Counted from the first letter of the stretch, positions 14,436 through 22,940 are shown. The stretch is 32,000 nucleotides of DNA from Fibrobacter sp. (GCA_045599625.1 JAZRWJ010000002.1:3222-35221); one strand, 5' to 3'. Notes: generated from the letters alone by a model not told the origin. Numbers and translations: made by a program.

Positions 14436-17207
14436 ATGGAGACCACTATGGCCAAAACAAGAAGTTTTGAAGACGACGTAGTTGACTGGTGTAAGGATCA
14501 TCTAGACCATTTCTTCAACAGAACCGAGAGCATCAATCCGGAAATCGATAACGCTCTAAAAATCGCCCCCAGTAAACAAGGAGGTAATGGGCCAAATTTT
14601 CCAGACCTCAAGTGTCTGATTACACTTGGCTGTAGAAATATTCCGGTCATGATAGAGTGTAAGGGAACTAAGGGTGACTTCATTAAGCAAAATAAAAATG
14701 GAGACATAATTCTATCTGATAAAAGCGGTAATCCTGATTATACGACTATCGCCAAATATGCGGTAAACGGAGCTATCCATTACGCAAACGCGATTCTAAA
14801 CCATACCGAAAGCTACAAAGAGGTTATCGCCATTGGAGCGAACGGTTGGGAAGTCAATGGTCAACTAAAAACAGAACTAGGCGTTTATCTCCTATCCAAG
14901 GAAAATTTATTCATTCCCAAGAAAGTTGATGATTATTCCGATCTTTCTTTTTTAAATGAAAAAAACATCAAAGGATTTGTTGAAAAAATTGATGAGCTCA
15001 AGCTTACGCCCGAAGAAATTGAATCCAAAAAATTTGCATTGGAAGACGAAATTGAAATTCGGCTTAAACGATTGAATCAAACCATGCACGACGACCTTCA
15101 AATTACAGTAGAGTCTCGAGTCAAGTTGATTGCCGGTATGATTATGGCCGGACTTGGAGTAGAAAACATTTCCGAAGGTCTCAAAATCGAAGACCTGAAA
15201 GGCGAAAAGGGCAAGAAGTCAAATGATGGACAAAAAATTATAGACAAGATTGAAGATTTTTTAAAGTCGAAGAATCTGCCAGAAGAAAAACAGGAAGTCA
15301 TATTAAATGAGTTGGCCAATGTTTTTAAAAATACGAGCCTATATACGCCACAAAACGGAGAGAGCAAACTAAAGACAGTCTTTACCGTAGTCAAATCTGA
15401 AATTTTGCCTTTCCTATCTTCGGACTTGCACAACATTGATTTTACTGGAAGACTATTCAACGTTCTAAATGACTGGGTTGCAGTTCCTGACGGAGCGGAA
15501 AACGATGTAGTCCTGACTCCACGTGCTGTTACAGAATTAATGACAAAGCTGACCCAGGTTAACAAGGACAGCTATGTTTGGGATTATGCTACAGGTTCTG
15601 CAGGATTTCTAATTTCCGCCATGCACCACATGATTGATGATGCTAAAAAGAAAATAAAGAATCCTGACGAACAACGAAAAAAAATTGCGACAATCAAGGC
15701 AGAACAACTCCTCGGCATTGAAAAACTTCCCGAAATCTACATTCTAGCCGTACTGAACATGATTCTAATGGGCGACGGCTCTTCAAACATTATTCACGCA
15801 GACTCACTAAAAGATTTCAGCGGGAAATATGAGCAGGGACAAAAAAAAGGACAGGAATTTCCTGCTAATGTTTTTCTGCTGAATCCACCATATTCTGCAG
15901 CAGGCAAAGGATTTGTCTTTGTTGAAAAAGCTCTTAGCAAAATGAAGTCAGGAAAGGCAGCTGTACTTATTAAGGAAAACGCAGGAAGTAACAAAGGTGA
16001 CGGCTACCCAGCTGAAATTTTAAAGCATAGCACCTTGCTTGCTTCCATTCATATGAATACAGATTTGTTCATCGGAAAATCAAACGTTCAAACAGCCATT
16101 TATGTATTTGATGTTGGTATCCCCCACGATATAGGAAAATTGGTAAAATTCATCGACTTTTCAAACGATGGTTACGCACGACAAAACCGTAAAACATCAA
16201 GCCAAAAGAACAACCTGAAAAATGTCGACCACGCCAAGGAAAGATATGCCGAAATCGTTGACCTTGTTGTTCGCGGCAAGGGAAAAGATGACAAAAACCT
16301 CAATTATTATAAAGACTGTTATGTTGAAGACTACATAACCCTTGAGGGAAACGATTGGACCTACAGTCAACACAAATTGGTAGAATCAAAGCCAAATGAA
16401 AATGAAATTCAAGCTGTTATAAAGGATTTCTATTCATGGAAAATCGAAAATTTCATTAGAACAGGATCTAATCAAGGTATTAACGAAAGCAATCTCCTAC
16501 AGGAATTATCTGAGCAAGAAATAAAATGTATGGAAAATTATGCAAATAATAAAGTTTATTTAAAAGAAGTGAGACTTGGAGATTTTTTCGACATTCATCC
16601 TACAAAGTGCTATAGGATGACGAATGACGAATTATTAAAAAACAAAGGAACTGTGCCTTTTGTGGCAAATTCCTCTGGAGGAAATGGAATTGGCGGCTGG
16701 GTAAATTTAGAAGCGACTGAAGCAGGGAACATAATCACATTTAGCGACACAACAACATCTGAAGCTATTTTTTATCAGCCATATGATTTTATTGGATATC
16801 CACACGTTCAAGGACTATATAAAAAAAAGAACATTTGGGACGAAAACAGTCTTATGTTTCTTGTGGCAACATTTCGAAAGTGCGCATCAGGACGATTTGA
16901 TTACACAAATAAATTTAATCGAGAAATCGCCATGGAAATGAAAGTTTCATTACCAATCAAAAGTTCTGTATGCAAAGAGGGGGGCTTGTCAGAAGAATCC
17001 AAAATATCGGAGGAAAATATTGACTTCGAATTCTTAAAACATCTAATCAAAGCCCACAAAAAAATAGCTATCAAGCCCTTAAAAAAGTGGTTTTCCTCAC
17101 AAGACGACGATAAATCTTATAATGTGAAAACAATATCATTTGGAGGATTTCAATTTAACGTTCCTGTTGATATTGCAGCAGACACTTCATCAAAGTTAAA
17201 AAAATAG
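14436..17207 (+). CDS. Single-polypeptide Type IIG (IIC/IIB-like) restriction-modification enzyme: PD-(D/E)xK nuclease + HsdM-like N6-adenine methyltransferase + HsdS-like target-recognition domain
   Basis: 923 aa. The N-terminus FPDLKCLITLGCRNIPVMIECKG fits PD...ExK. The methyltransferase has LTPRAVTELM, motif I DYATGSAGFL, LAVLNMILMG and motif IV NPPY. The C-terminus VRLGDFFDIHPTK...GTVPFVANSSGGNGIGGWV is typical of an HsdS target-recognition domain. The start could also be the ATG at 14448. Confidence 0.8.
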   Translation: METTMAKTRSFEDDVVDWCKDHLDHFFNRTESINPEIDNALKIAPSKQGGNGPNFPDLKCLITLGCRNIPVMIECKGTKGDFIKQNKNGDIILSDKSGNPDYTTIAKYAVNGAIHYANAILNHTESYKEVIAIGANGWEVNGQLKTELGVYLLSKENLFIPKKVDDYSDLSFLNEKNIKGFVEKIDELKLTPEEIESKKFALEDEIEIRLKRLNQTMHDDLQITVESRVKLIAGMIMAGLGVENISEGLKIEDLKGEKGKKSNDGQKIIDKIEDFLKSKNLPEEKQEVILNELANVFKNTSLYTPQNGESKLKTVFTVVKSEILPFLSSDLHNIDFTGRLFNVLNDWVAVPDGAENDVVLTPRAVTELMTKLTQVNKDSYVWDYATGSAGFLISAMHHMIDDAKKKIKNPDEQRKKIATIKAEQLLGIEKLPEIYILAVLNMILMGDGSSNIIHADSLKDFSGKYEQGQKKGQEFPANVFLLNPPYSAAGKGFVFVEKALSKMKSGKAAVLIKENAGSNKGDGYPAEILKHSTLLASIHMNTDLFIGKSNVQTAIYVFDVGIPHDIGKLVKFIDFSNDGYARQNRKTSSQKNNLKNVDHAKERYAEIVDLVVRGKGKDDKNLNYYKDCYVEDYITLEGNDWTYSQHKLVESKPNENEIQAVIKDFYSWKIENFIRTGSNQGINESNLLQELSEQEIKCMENYANNKVYLKEVRLGDFFDIHPTKCYRMTNDELLKNKGTVPFVANSSGGNGIGGWVNLEATEAGNIITFSDTTTSEAIFYQPYDFIGYPHVQGLYKKKNIWDENSLMFLVATFRKCASGRFDYTNKFNREIAMEMKVSLPIKSSVCKEGGLSEESKISEENIDFEFLKHLIKAHKKIAIKPLKKWFSSQDDDKSYNVKTISFGGFQFNVPVDIAADTSSKLKK

Positions 17208-17280
17208 GTTCGTCCCAAATGTCAAAAATCTACGAATACGGATTTTTGAAATGATCAACCCTCCCCCGCCAGCCCTCACC

Positions 17281-17371
17281 GGCATCGGGGATTTTTTTTC
17301 AAAGCAGCACCTCCAGGTAAGTTTTCAGAATTTTGGAAACCCGAAGTTTCTTCGCATATTCAACAAGTTTA
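17281..17371. repeat. ~90-bp direct repeat, copy 1 (carries a detached 3' fragment of an AbiEi-like gene)
   Basis: About 90% identical by eye to 17742-17831. Its reverse complement reads ...KLVEYAKKLRVSKILKTYLEVLL*. Confidence 0.8.
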
Positions 17372-17475
17372 TATAAACTCTTGACAATCGCCAAATTTAT
17401 GCCCCCCCTTGATTTAACAAAATTCAATATATACATTATATATATGAATAGGAAAACCAGCAAAACAAGGAGAAA

Positions 17476-17715
17476 ATGATGAAGTCAAATTATGATTTTT
17501 CCAATGCAGTTCAGAATCCTTATGCGAAAAAATTGAAGAAGACCATCTGCATCAAACTTGACGAGGATGTCATTGATTATTTTAAGGACCTTGCCGAAAA
17601 GGTCGGTGTTCCGTATCAAGGGCTGATCAACATGTTTTTGCAACAGGTCAAAAATCAGAAAATGGTTCCCCAATTCGTAAGCACTCCAAGAGGCCGAAAA
17701 ACGCGAGCAGCTTAA
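17476..17715 (+). CDS. BrnA-family (CopG/RHH-like) antitoxin, with no BrnT partner
   Basis: 79 aa. DFSNAVQNPYAKKLKKTICIKLDEDVIDYFKDLAEKVGVPYQGLINMFL fits the BrnA pattern (DFS.A..., K..ItIRLD.DVldwFK, GYQtlIN). AAGGAG lies 2 nt upstream of the ATG (17468-17473). Confidence 0.7.
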   Translation: MMKSNYDFSNAVQNPYAKKLKKTICIKLDEDVIDYFKDLAEKVGVPYQGLINMFLQQVKNQKMVPQFVSTPRGRKTRAA

Positions 17716-17741
17716 TGGGGTATGCCGACGCACATCACACT

Positions 17742-17831
17742 GGCATCGGGGAGTTTTTCATAGCAGCACCTCTAGGTAAGTTTTCAGAATTTTGGAAACC
17801 CTAAGTTTCTTCGCATATTCTGCAAGCTTAT
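17742..17831. repeat. ~90-bp direct repeat, copy 2 (3' end of the AbiEi pseudogene)
   Basis: Partner of 17281-17371. The two copies bracket the brnA-like gene. Confidence 0.8.
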
Positions 17832-18233
17832 TTAAGTCCTTGCCATCCCATGCAGCGAATCTTTTAATTGCCGTAAGCAAGAGTTCGTTGCTTACGCGAG
17901 ATCTGTTTTTGATCAAATCGCAAATTGTTCTTTTCCAGATCGTAGCAGCGGACGGTATTACCAAAAGGAGTTTTCACCTCAGTCACACCCAAGTCAAATA
18001 GCTCTGGCTTGCAAGTGAATACCTTGCAGACATTTTTCAGCGACAATGATGGAGCATGCCCAAAGGGAACTGTTATTGAATGTTCAAAAGGCGTCCGTCC
18101 CGAGAAGCCATGTAAGAAATAACTGGGCCCGCGAAACTCCCACTGACTCGGATTTTGAGGAAAGCACAACCCCATTGTAAGCGGCAGCCACATCTTTCAG
18201 CAAGCCAATTTCTTTTTTCTCTTTAAAACTCAT
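17758..18233 (-). pseudogene. Frameshifted AbiEi-like antitoxin pseudogene
   Basis: Homologous pieces lie in three different frames. From the ATG at 18233: MSFKEKKEIGLLKDVAAAYNGVVLSSKSESVGVSRAQL, then a stop. In ORF 17864-18193: GVTEVKTPFGNTVRCYDLEK. In ORF 17758-17964: TICDLIKNRSRV...LNKLAEYAKKLRVSKILKTYLEVLL. These parallel GVTNAKISGYNVRIFDLEKSVCDAIKFRNKIG...LAKLLNYAKILRVSKIIEMYIAMGV in the intact AbiEi. The span is 476 nt, not a multiple of 3. Confidence 0.65.
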
Positions 18234-18334
18234 ATCATAAAATTACATCTTATTTTATGATATTTGTCAATATAACTGATTAAATATTTCCGTTCACCTT
18301 GTACAAAAACACTACAAATGTTTATATTTGTAGT
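18234..18334. promoter_or_regulatory. Divergent control region with two perfect inverted repeats (candidate AbiEi operators)
   Basis: ATCATAAAAT (18234-18243) / ATTTTATGAT (18252-18261). ACTACAAAT (18311-18319) / ATTTGTAGT (18326-18334), which overlaps a TATATT -10-like box 15-20 nt upstream of the abiEi ATG. Confidence 0.45.
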
Positions 18335-18345
18335 AGGTACATACA

Positions 18346-18906
18346 ATGAAAAAAGAAAAGTTTTTTACAACAAATATGGTTTGCGCCGAAAGTCGTGCTA
18401 AATATTACGCAACACTCCAAAAGGTTCAGTGCGGTTCTCTTGTACGAGTAAAAAGGGGTGTTTTTGCCAAGCCCGACGATCTCGCTAATATAATGATTGA
18501 TATTGAAAAAATCATTCCCGGAGGCATACTCTGTATGTATTCAGCCTGGGCTCACTACGGGCTTACAACGCAAATTCCGCAACAATATGACGTCGCAATT
18601 AAGAGGGGCCGAAAGGTTGCACTTCCTCAATACCCATCATTTTCTATCCATAATTTAACCGATTCAGTTCTTGAAACCGGCGTCACCAATGCCAAAATTT
18701 CGGGATACAATGTCAGAATTTTTGATCTAGAAAAATCAGTTTGCGACGCAATCAAGTTCAGAAATAAAATCGGGTTAGATGTATGCTCGGAAATCGTAAG
18801 GAACTATTTAAAACGAAATGACCGAAACCTAGCAAAACTTCTGAATTACGCAAAGATTCTTCGCGTTAGCAAAATTATCGAAATGTATATCGCAATGGGT
18901 GTATAA
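18346..18906 (+). CDS. AbiEi-family antitoxin / transcriptional regulator (type IV toxin-antitoxin)
   Basis: 186 aa. Sits directly upstream of a DUF1814 nucleotidyltransferase gene. Its size and the ...VRVKRGVFA... wHTH-like N-terminus fit the AbiEi_4 type. Confidence 0.75.
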   Translation: MKKEKFFTTNMVCAESRAKYYATLQKVQCGSLVRVKRGVFAKPDDLANIMIDIEKIIPGGILCMYSAWAHYGLTTQIPQQYDVAIKRGRKVALPQYPSFSIHNLTDSVLETGVTNAKISGYNVRIFDLEKSVCDAIKFRNKIGLDVCSEIVRNYLKRNDRNLAKLLNYAKILRVSKIIEMYIAMGV

Positions 18907-18907
18907 A

Positions 18908-19786
18908 ATGAAAAATTTAGAACATTCTATACGAGAAAAATTGCTTAACATCGCAAAATCACAACATGTAGATTATCAAGTAATTCTAATCCGATATTTT
19001 CATGAAAGATTTCTTTTTCGCTTATCCAAAAGCAGATTTTGCAATCATTTTTGTTTAAAAGGCGGGGCCTTGTTTTATGCCTATGAGCAACTTGCGGCAA
19101 GACCGACCATGGATGTAGATTTTTGTGCAAATAAAATTCACAACGACATACACATTATCCAAGATGCAGTTGCTGAAATTTGTCATGTCCCCTGTCCAGA
19201 GGACGGTGTTATATTTGACGAAAAGAACATAACCGCAGAGATAATTACCGAGTTCAAGGATTATCACGGAATTCGGATTCATTTGGGAGCAAAATTACAA
19301 TCCATTCAGCAGAACATTTCTATGGATTTTGGCTTTGGTGATGAAATCTATCCATCCCCCAATATCATTGATTATCCGAATCTTTTGGATAATATGCCTA
19401 TTGCTAAAATTAGCTCTTACCCGCTAGAATCAGTTATTGCGGAAAAATTTCAGTGTATCGTCGATCTTGCTGGTAGAAACACTAGAATGAAAGACTATTT
19501 TGACATCTACAGAATATTGAAGAATCACACTCTAAGCGACAATACATTGTTCGAAGCCATTCATCGGACATTCGAAAACAGGAGGACAGTCTGGAATTCT
19601 GAGAATGAAGTATTCGACGACCAGTTCGATCAAAATCCTACTTTAAATAAACTATGGATTTCATTTCTACGAAAAATCAAATGGAACGAAAACTTATCAT
19701 TTTCAGATGTTTGGTCATTAATTCGACAAAAAATTTTGACCAAATACGATAATCACGAGGCCGGGTGTTGGCAACACCACGACTGA
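18908..19786 (+). CDS. AbiEii/AbiGii-family nucleotidyltransferase toxin (DUF1814)
   Basis: The track ORF begins at a GTG (18899). The ATG at 18908 lies 2 nt after the abiEi stop. LKGGALF...RPTMDVDF is the NTase G[GS]...D.D motif. About 290 aa, typical of AbiEii. Confidence 0.8.
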   Translation: MKNLEHSIREKLLNIAKSQHVDYQVILIRYFHERFLFRLSKSRFCNHFCLKGGALFYAYEQLAARPTMDVDFCANKIHNDIHIIQDAVAEICHVPCPEDGVIFDEKNITAEIITEFKDYHGIRIHLGAKLQSIQQNISMDFGFGDEIYPSPNIIDYPNLLDNMPIAKISSYPLESVIAEKFQCIVDLAGRNTRMKDYFDIYRILKNHTLSDNTLFEAIHRTFENRRTVWNSENEVFDDQFDQNPTLNKLWISFLRKIKWNENLSFSDVWSLIRQKILTKYDNHEAGCWQHHD

Positions 19787-19908
19787 GAACCGTTTCTAAC
19801 TTTTCGGCAAAATACATTAGTCAAGAACCTCATTTTCATTCATGTCACAAAACAATCTGCGTCCTTGACTTTGGGCGCAATACGTTTTTTAACATTCTAG
19901 TGACAAAT

Positions 19909-19956
19909 TTTTTGACAAAATCCATTTTTACCACGATATACAATAAGAGGTAAAAT
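19909..19956 (+). promoter_or_regulatory. Promoter + 5' leader module (copy B) of rtcB
   Basis: TTGACA (19912-19917), then AAATCCATTTTTACCAC, GATATACAAT and GAGGTAAAAT before the ATG. Near-copy of 12461-12512. Confidence 0.5.
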
Positions 19957-21123
19957 ATGCAGCAGATAGAAGGCAAGTTCACAAGCGCAAGTATTTTTGC
20001 AAACACCATCGAGGCAGAAACTGTTGAGCAGATAAAGCGGGTTTGCGACCACCCCATTTTCAAGGATTGCAGCATCAGGGTGATGCCGGACTGTCACGCG
20101 GGCGCGGGCTGCGTCATCGGTTTTACGTCGGACATGCCCCACAATGGAGAAATCATTCCCAACATTATCGGTGTGGATCAGAGCTGCGGCATGTATGTGG
20201 TGAAGCTTGAAGATTCGCCGCTCCTGAACGACTACGAAAAGCTGGACAAGGTCATCCGCAAGCATGTGCCCTGCGGTTTTGACGGGCGGGACATTGTAAG
20301 CAACGATATTCCCGAAGACTTGTACGAGGACGTCCGCCGCATTTCTACGGACATCCTGAAGGACAATTATGTTTCGCACCTGAAGAAGATCGGTTCCCTG
20401 GGCGGGGGCAATCATTTTATCTCCATCGAAAAGGGCGAAACCGGAACCTACCTAATTATTCACAGCGGTTCCCGGAACTTCGGAAACAAGCTGGCGGTTC
20501 ACTTCCAAACCATCGCCAACGAAAAGCACTGCTACGGCGAGGGCGTTCTGAAGACGCTTTCGTACATCGACGGCAAGGATGCCGAGGAATACCTGAAGTG
20601 CGCCGATGTGTGCAGGCGTTTCGCCCATTGGTCCCGCAAGATTATGGCAAAGACCATTATGGTGAGCATGCGCTGGAAGGAGGAAAGTTCCTTCGAGACG
20701 CTTCACAACTACATCGGGAGCGACAACATCATCCGTAAGGGCGCCATCAGCTGCAAGGCCGACGAAAAAGTCTTGATTCCGCTAAACATGCGGGACGGCT
20801 CGCTGATTTGTATTGGCAAGGGAAACGCCGAATGGAACAACAGCGGTCCCCACGGCGCAGGCAGAGTACTTTCCCGAACCGCAGCCCGCGAGCAGCTTTC
20901 CATGAAGGAATACAAGAGCACCATGGAAGGCATCTGGACCAGCTGCGTAAACGTTTCCACCATCGACGAATCGCCCATGGCCTACAAGAACGGCGACGAA
21001 ATCAAGTCGCTTATCCAAAGCACCGCCACCATCATTGACCACCTGAAGCCGGTTTACAACTTCAAGTGCGCCGAAGAAGCCTCGTTCATCAAAAGACGGA
21101 AAGAGAAGATGAGGGAAAGGTGA
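19957..21123 (+). CDS. rtcB: RtcB-family RNA 3'-phosphate/2',3'-cyclic-phosphate ligase
   Basis: 388 aa. MPDCHAGAGCVIGFT, GGGNHFISIE, HSGSRNFG, HNYI and GPHGAGR are the conserved metal- and GMP-histidine motifs of RtcB. Confidence 0.9.
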   Translation: MQQIEGKFTSASIFANTIEAETVEQIKRVCDHPIFKDCSIRVMPDCHAGAGCVIGFTSDMPHNGEIIPNIIGVDQSCGMYVVKLEDSPLLNDYEKLDKVIRKHVPCGFDGRDIVSNDIPEDLYEDVRRISTDILKDNYVSHLKKIGSLGGGNHFISIEKGETGTYLIIHSGSRNFGNKLAVHFQTIANEKHCYGEGVLKTLSYIDGKDAEEYLKCADVCRRFAHWSRKIMAKTIMVSMRWKEESSFETLHNYIGSDNIIRKGAISCKADEKVLIPLNMRDGSLICIGKGNAEWNNSGPHGAGRVLSRTAAREQLSMKEYKSTMEGIWTSCVNVSTIDESPMAYKNGDEIKSLIQSTATIIDHLKPVYNFKCAEEASFIKRRKEKMRER

Positions 21124-21229
21124 AATTCACAAAAACAAAACATGATGAAGAAACTAAAACAAACATAAAAAAATTATAATTTCATTAACAACCTATTCAA
21201 AAAATTAAAGGTTTTTCAAGAGGTCCATA

Positions 21230-22129
21230 ATGAGATTGAGCGACGCGGGCGAAAGTATCGTTGATATCGTAAAGGAGGAATTCGACCTAGATATTCCCGT
21301 TGATTCAGACGATGAGGACATCCTTGTAAAGTACCTTTTCTCGGAAAAGAATTCCAATCGGCTTAACAAAATTATCAACCACCTGCTCGGTCTGGGAGAC
21401 AAGGACATTACCGATTGCATTTGGAGATACTTCCCCCTAAATGTAGAAAGTTACCATTTTGAAGGTCCGCTGAAGGACATGGCTGAAAAAAGAGTTAAAG
21501 TCATCGAGGAATTTTTCCAGAACGGCGGAAATCTCTACAACAAGACAGAACGCATCCCCTTCTCAAAGGGCATCTTGATGCCCCTGGGCGATAGCCACAG
21601 AAACAAGCTGAAGCAGATTATTGAAGAAGAAGCCTCCGACGAGAATTTGCCCCCAAAGGAGCAACAAGAAATAAGCAGTTTTTCCGATGAATTGTCGGGC
21701 AGCAACAAAAGCGAAGGGAGACAGCCTTCATTCGTTATTTTGGACAACGATGAAAATATCGTCGGGCATATATGTATATCCCTTGGTGCATATTTTTCAT
21801 TGAGGTCCTCCAAAGATACCTACAATCTTTCTTTTTATACAGTCCCTGGGTACCGCGGAAAGGGCTTCATGAAAGCGGCCCTGCAAGCGCTAATCAAGGC
21901 CGCATCAGAAAAAAAGATTTTGGTTCTCAAGCAAAATCCTGTCGTAGAATATGATGCAGAAGTCACGGAGCTTCCCATACGACTTTTGAACGCAATTATC
22001 TACAAAGAAAACATTGCAAGCATCAAAACCATCCAGGCCGTCGGCAACTTCGAGGACATGGGATGCGTAAAACTAGTGCGCAACGACAATGAAATTGACG
22101 AATGCAGGATATTCACGCTGGAACTTTAA
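21230..22129 (+). CDS. GNAT-family N-acetyltransferase domain protein with a ~165-aa N-terminal extension of unknown function
   Basis: C-terminal FVILDNDENIVGHICISLG...YTVPGYRGKGFMKAALQALI contains the acetyl-CoA-binding motif A (R-x-x-G-x-G/A). I do not recognise the N-terminal half. Confidence 0.65.
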   Translation: MRLSDAGESIVDIVKEEFDLDIPVDSDDEDILVKYLFSEKNSNRLNKIINHLLGLGDKDITDCIWRYFPLNVESYHFEGPLKDMAEKRVKVIEEFFQNGGNLYNKTERIPFSKGILMPLGDSHRNKLKQIIEEEASDENLPPKEQQEISSFSDELSGSNKSEGRQPSFVILDNDENIVGHICISLGAYFSLRSSKDTYNLSFYTVPGYRGKGFMKAALQALIKAASEKKILVLKQNPVVEYDAEVTELPIRLLNAIIYKENIASIKTIQAVGNFEDMGCVKLVRNDNEIDECRIFTLEL

Positions 22130-22199
22130 ACAAAGCAATGTCATCTATTAAAAAAAAAGTATATTATTTGACAGTAAAATTTTTCTTATAGGATAAAAA

Positions 22200-22883
22200 A
22201 TGTCCAATACTATTAGTTTTGAAGCAATGTCCCTTGACGACTTGAGAGACGATCTGGAAAAAAAGAAAGCTATTCTCGAAAAAGCTGCCGTAGAACAGGG
22301 CATCACTCCCGAAAACCTCGAAGAAAAGCTGCATATCGAGCAGCAGATTCTTACCAAGAAGTTGGCTGAACTGCAGAAAAAAGCATTTGACGCAGCAATC
22401 GAGGGAAATGTCGGCAACGCAGAAGAAAGCCTCCGTGAAATGCAATCCTTGATGGAAAATAGCTGGGTTTTGGCCTACTCAAAGTACAACAAAGGTGTTA
22501 GCGCTCTCAAAGAAAAGTCCTCCGCAATTCTGCATTTATTGGCATCCGTTCCTACACTCATCTCCGAGTTGAACGAGAAGTACAAAAAATACCGCGAAAT
22601 TTCACTGAACGGCCAAAATGCAAACGGAGTAAATGAAGAAAACCTGCAAGAAAAATTTCAAGAAGAACTTGACCGTCTAGGAAAAAGCGGCAAGGAACTC
22701 TTAAGCAAATTCGACGAAGCCGTCAAGGCAGGCAATAATCAAGAAGCCCAAAAATATATGAAGGAACTGCAAGATCAAAATAAAAATTCATGGGCAATCG
22801 CTCTAACTCAAATTACCCAAATTCGCAAAGTTGAAGAGGCCTTCCATACTATTATTGAATACTTCGGCGATACGTCAAAGTAA
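22200..22883 (+). CDS. Hypothetical helical/coiled-coil protein with an internal duplication
   Basis: 227 aa. KKAFDAAIEGNVGNAEESLREMQSLMENSWVLAYSKY parallels SKFDEAVKAGNNQEAQKYMKELQDQNKNSWAIALTQI. Confidence 0.55.
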   Translation: MSNTISFEAMSLDDLRDDLEKKKAILEKAAVEQGITPENLEEKLHIEQQILTKKLAELQKKAFDAAIEGNVGNAEESLREMQSLMENSWVLAYSKYNKGVSALKEKSSAILHLLASVPTLISELNEKYKKYREISLNGQNANGVNEENLQEKFQEELDRLGKSGKELLSKFDEAVKAGNNQEAQKYMKELQDQNKNSWAIALTQITQIRKVEEAFHTIIEYFGDTSK

Positions 22884-22908
22884 GAACTCACTGCACAGCA
22901 AATTAAAG

Positions 22909-22940
22909 AATTCTAGACCAGGTGTCTAGAATTTTTTTTT
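22909..22940 (+). terminator. Rho-independent terminator
   Basis: AATTCTAGAC-caggt-GTCTAGAATT, a 10-bp stem, followed by a T9 run (22932-22940). Confidence 0.7.

Noticed and set aside
14249-14455. 68-aa minus-strand ORF
   Set aside because: It spans the structured spacer and overlaps the R-M start codon. It has no SD or promoter and its composition looks odd, so it is likely spurious.
15677-16828. A8 homopolymer tracts inside the R-M gene (15677-15684, 15841-15848, 16821-16828) as phase-variation switches
   Set aside because: Eight A's is short for slipped-strand phase variation and is expected by chance in so AT-rich a gene. There is no evidence of length heterogeneity.
17220-17255. 11-codon ORF (MSKIYEYGFLK) as a BrnT remnant
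   Set aside because: It is too short and shows no resemblance to the BrnT N-terminal pattern.
17485-17733. 82-aa minus-strand ORF
   Set aside because: It is antisense to the brnA-like gene, which has an SD and family motifs.
19897-21042. Minus-strand ORFs 19897-20415, 20452-20706, 20709-20978 and 20782-21042, and plus-strand ORF 20808-21038
   Set aside because: They are shadow or off-frame ORFs inside the GC-rich rtcB gene. All the diagnostic motifs are in the RtcB frame.
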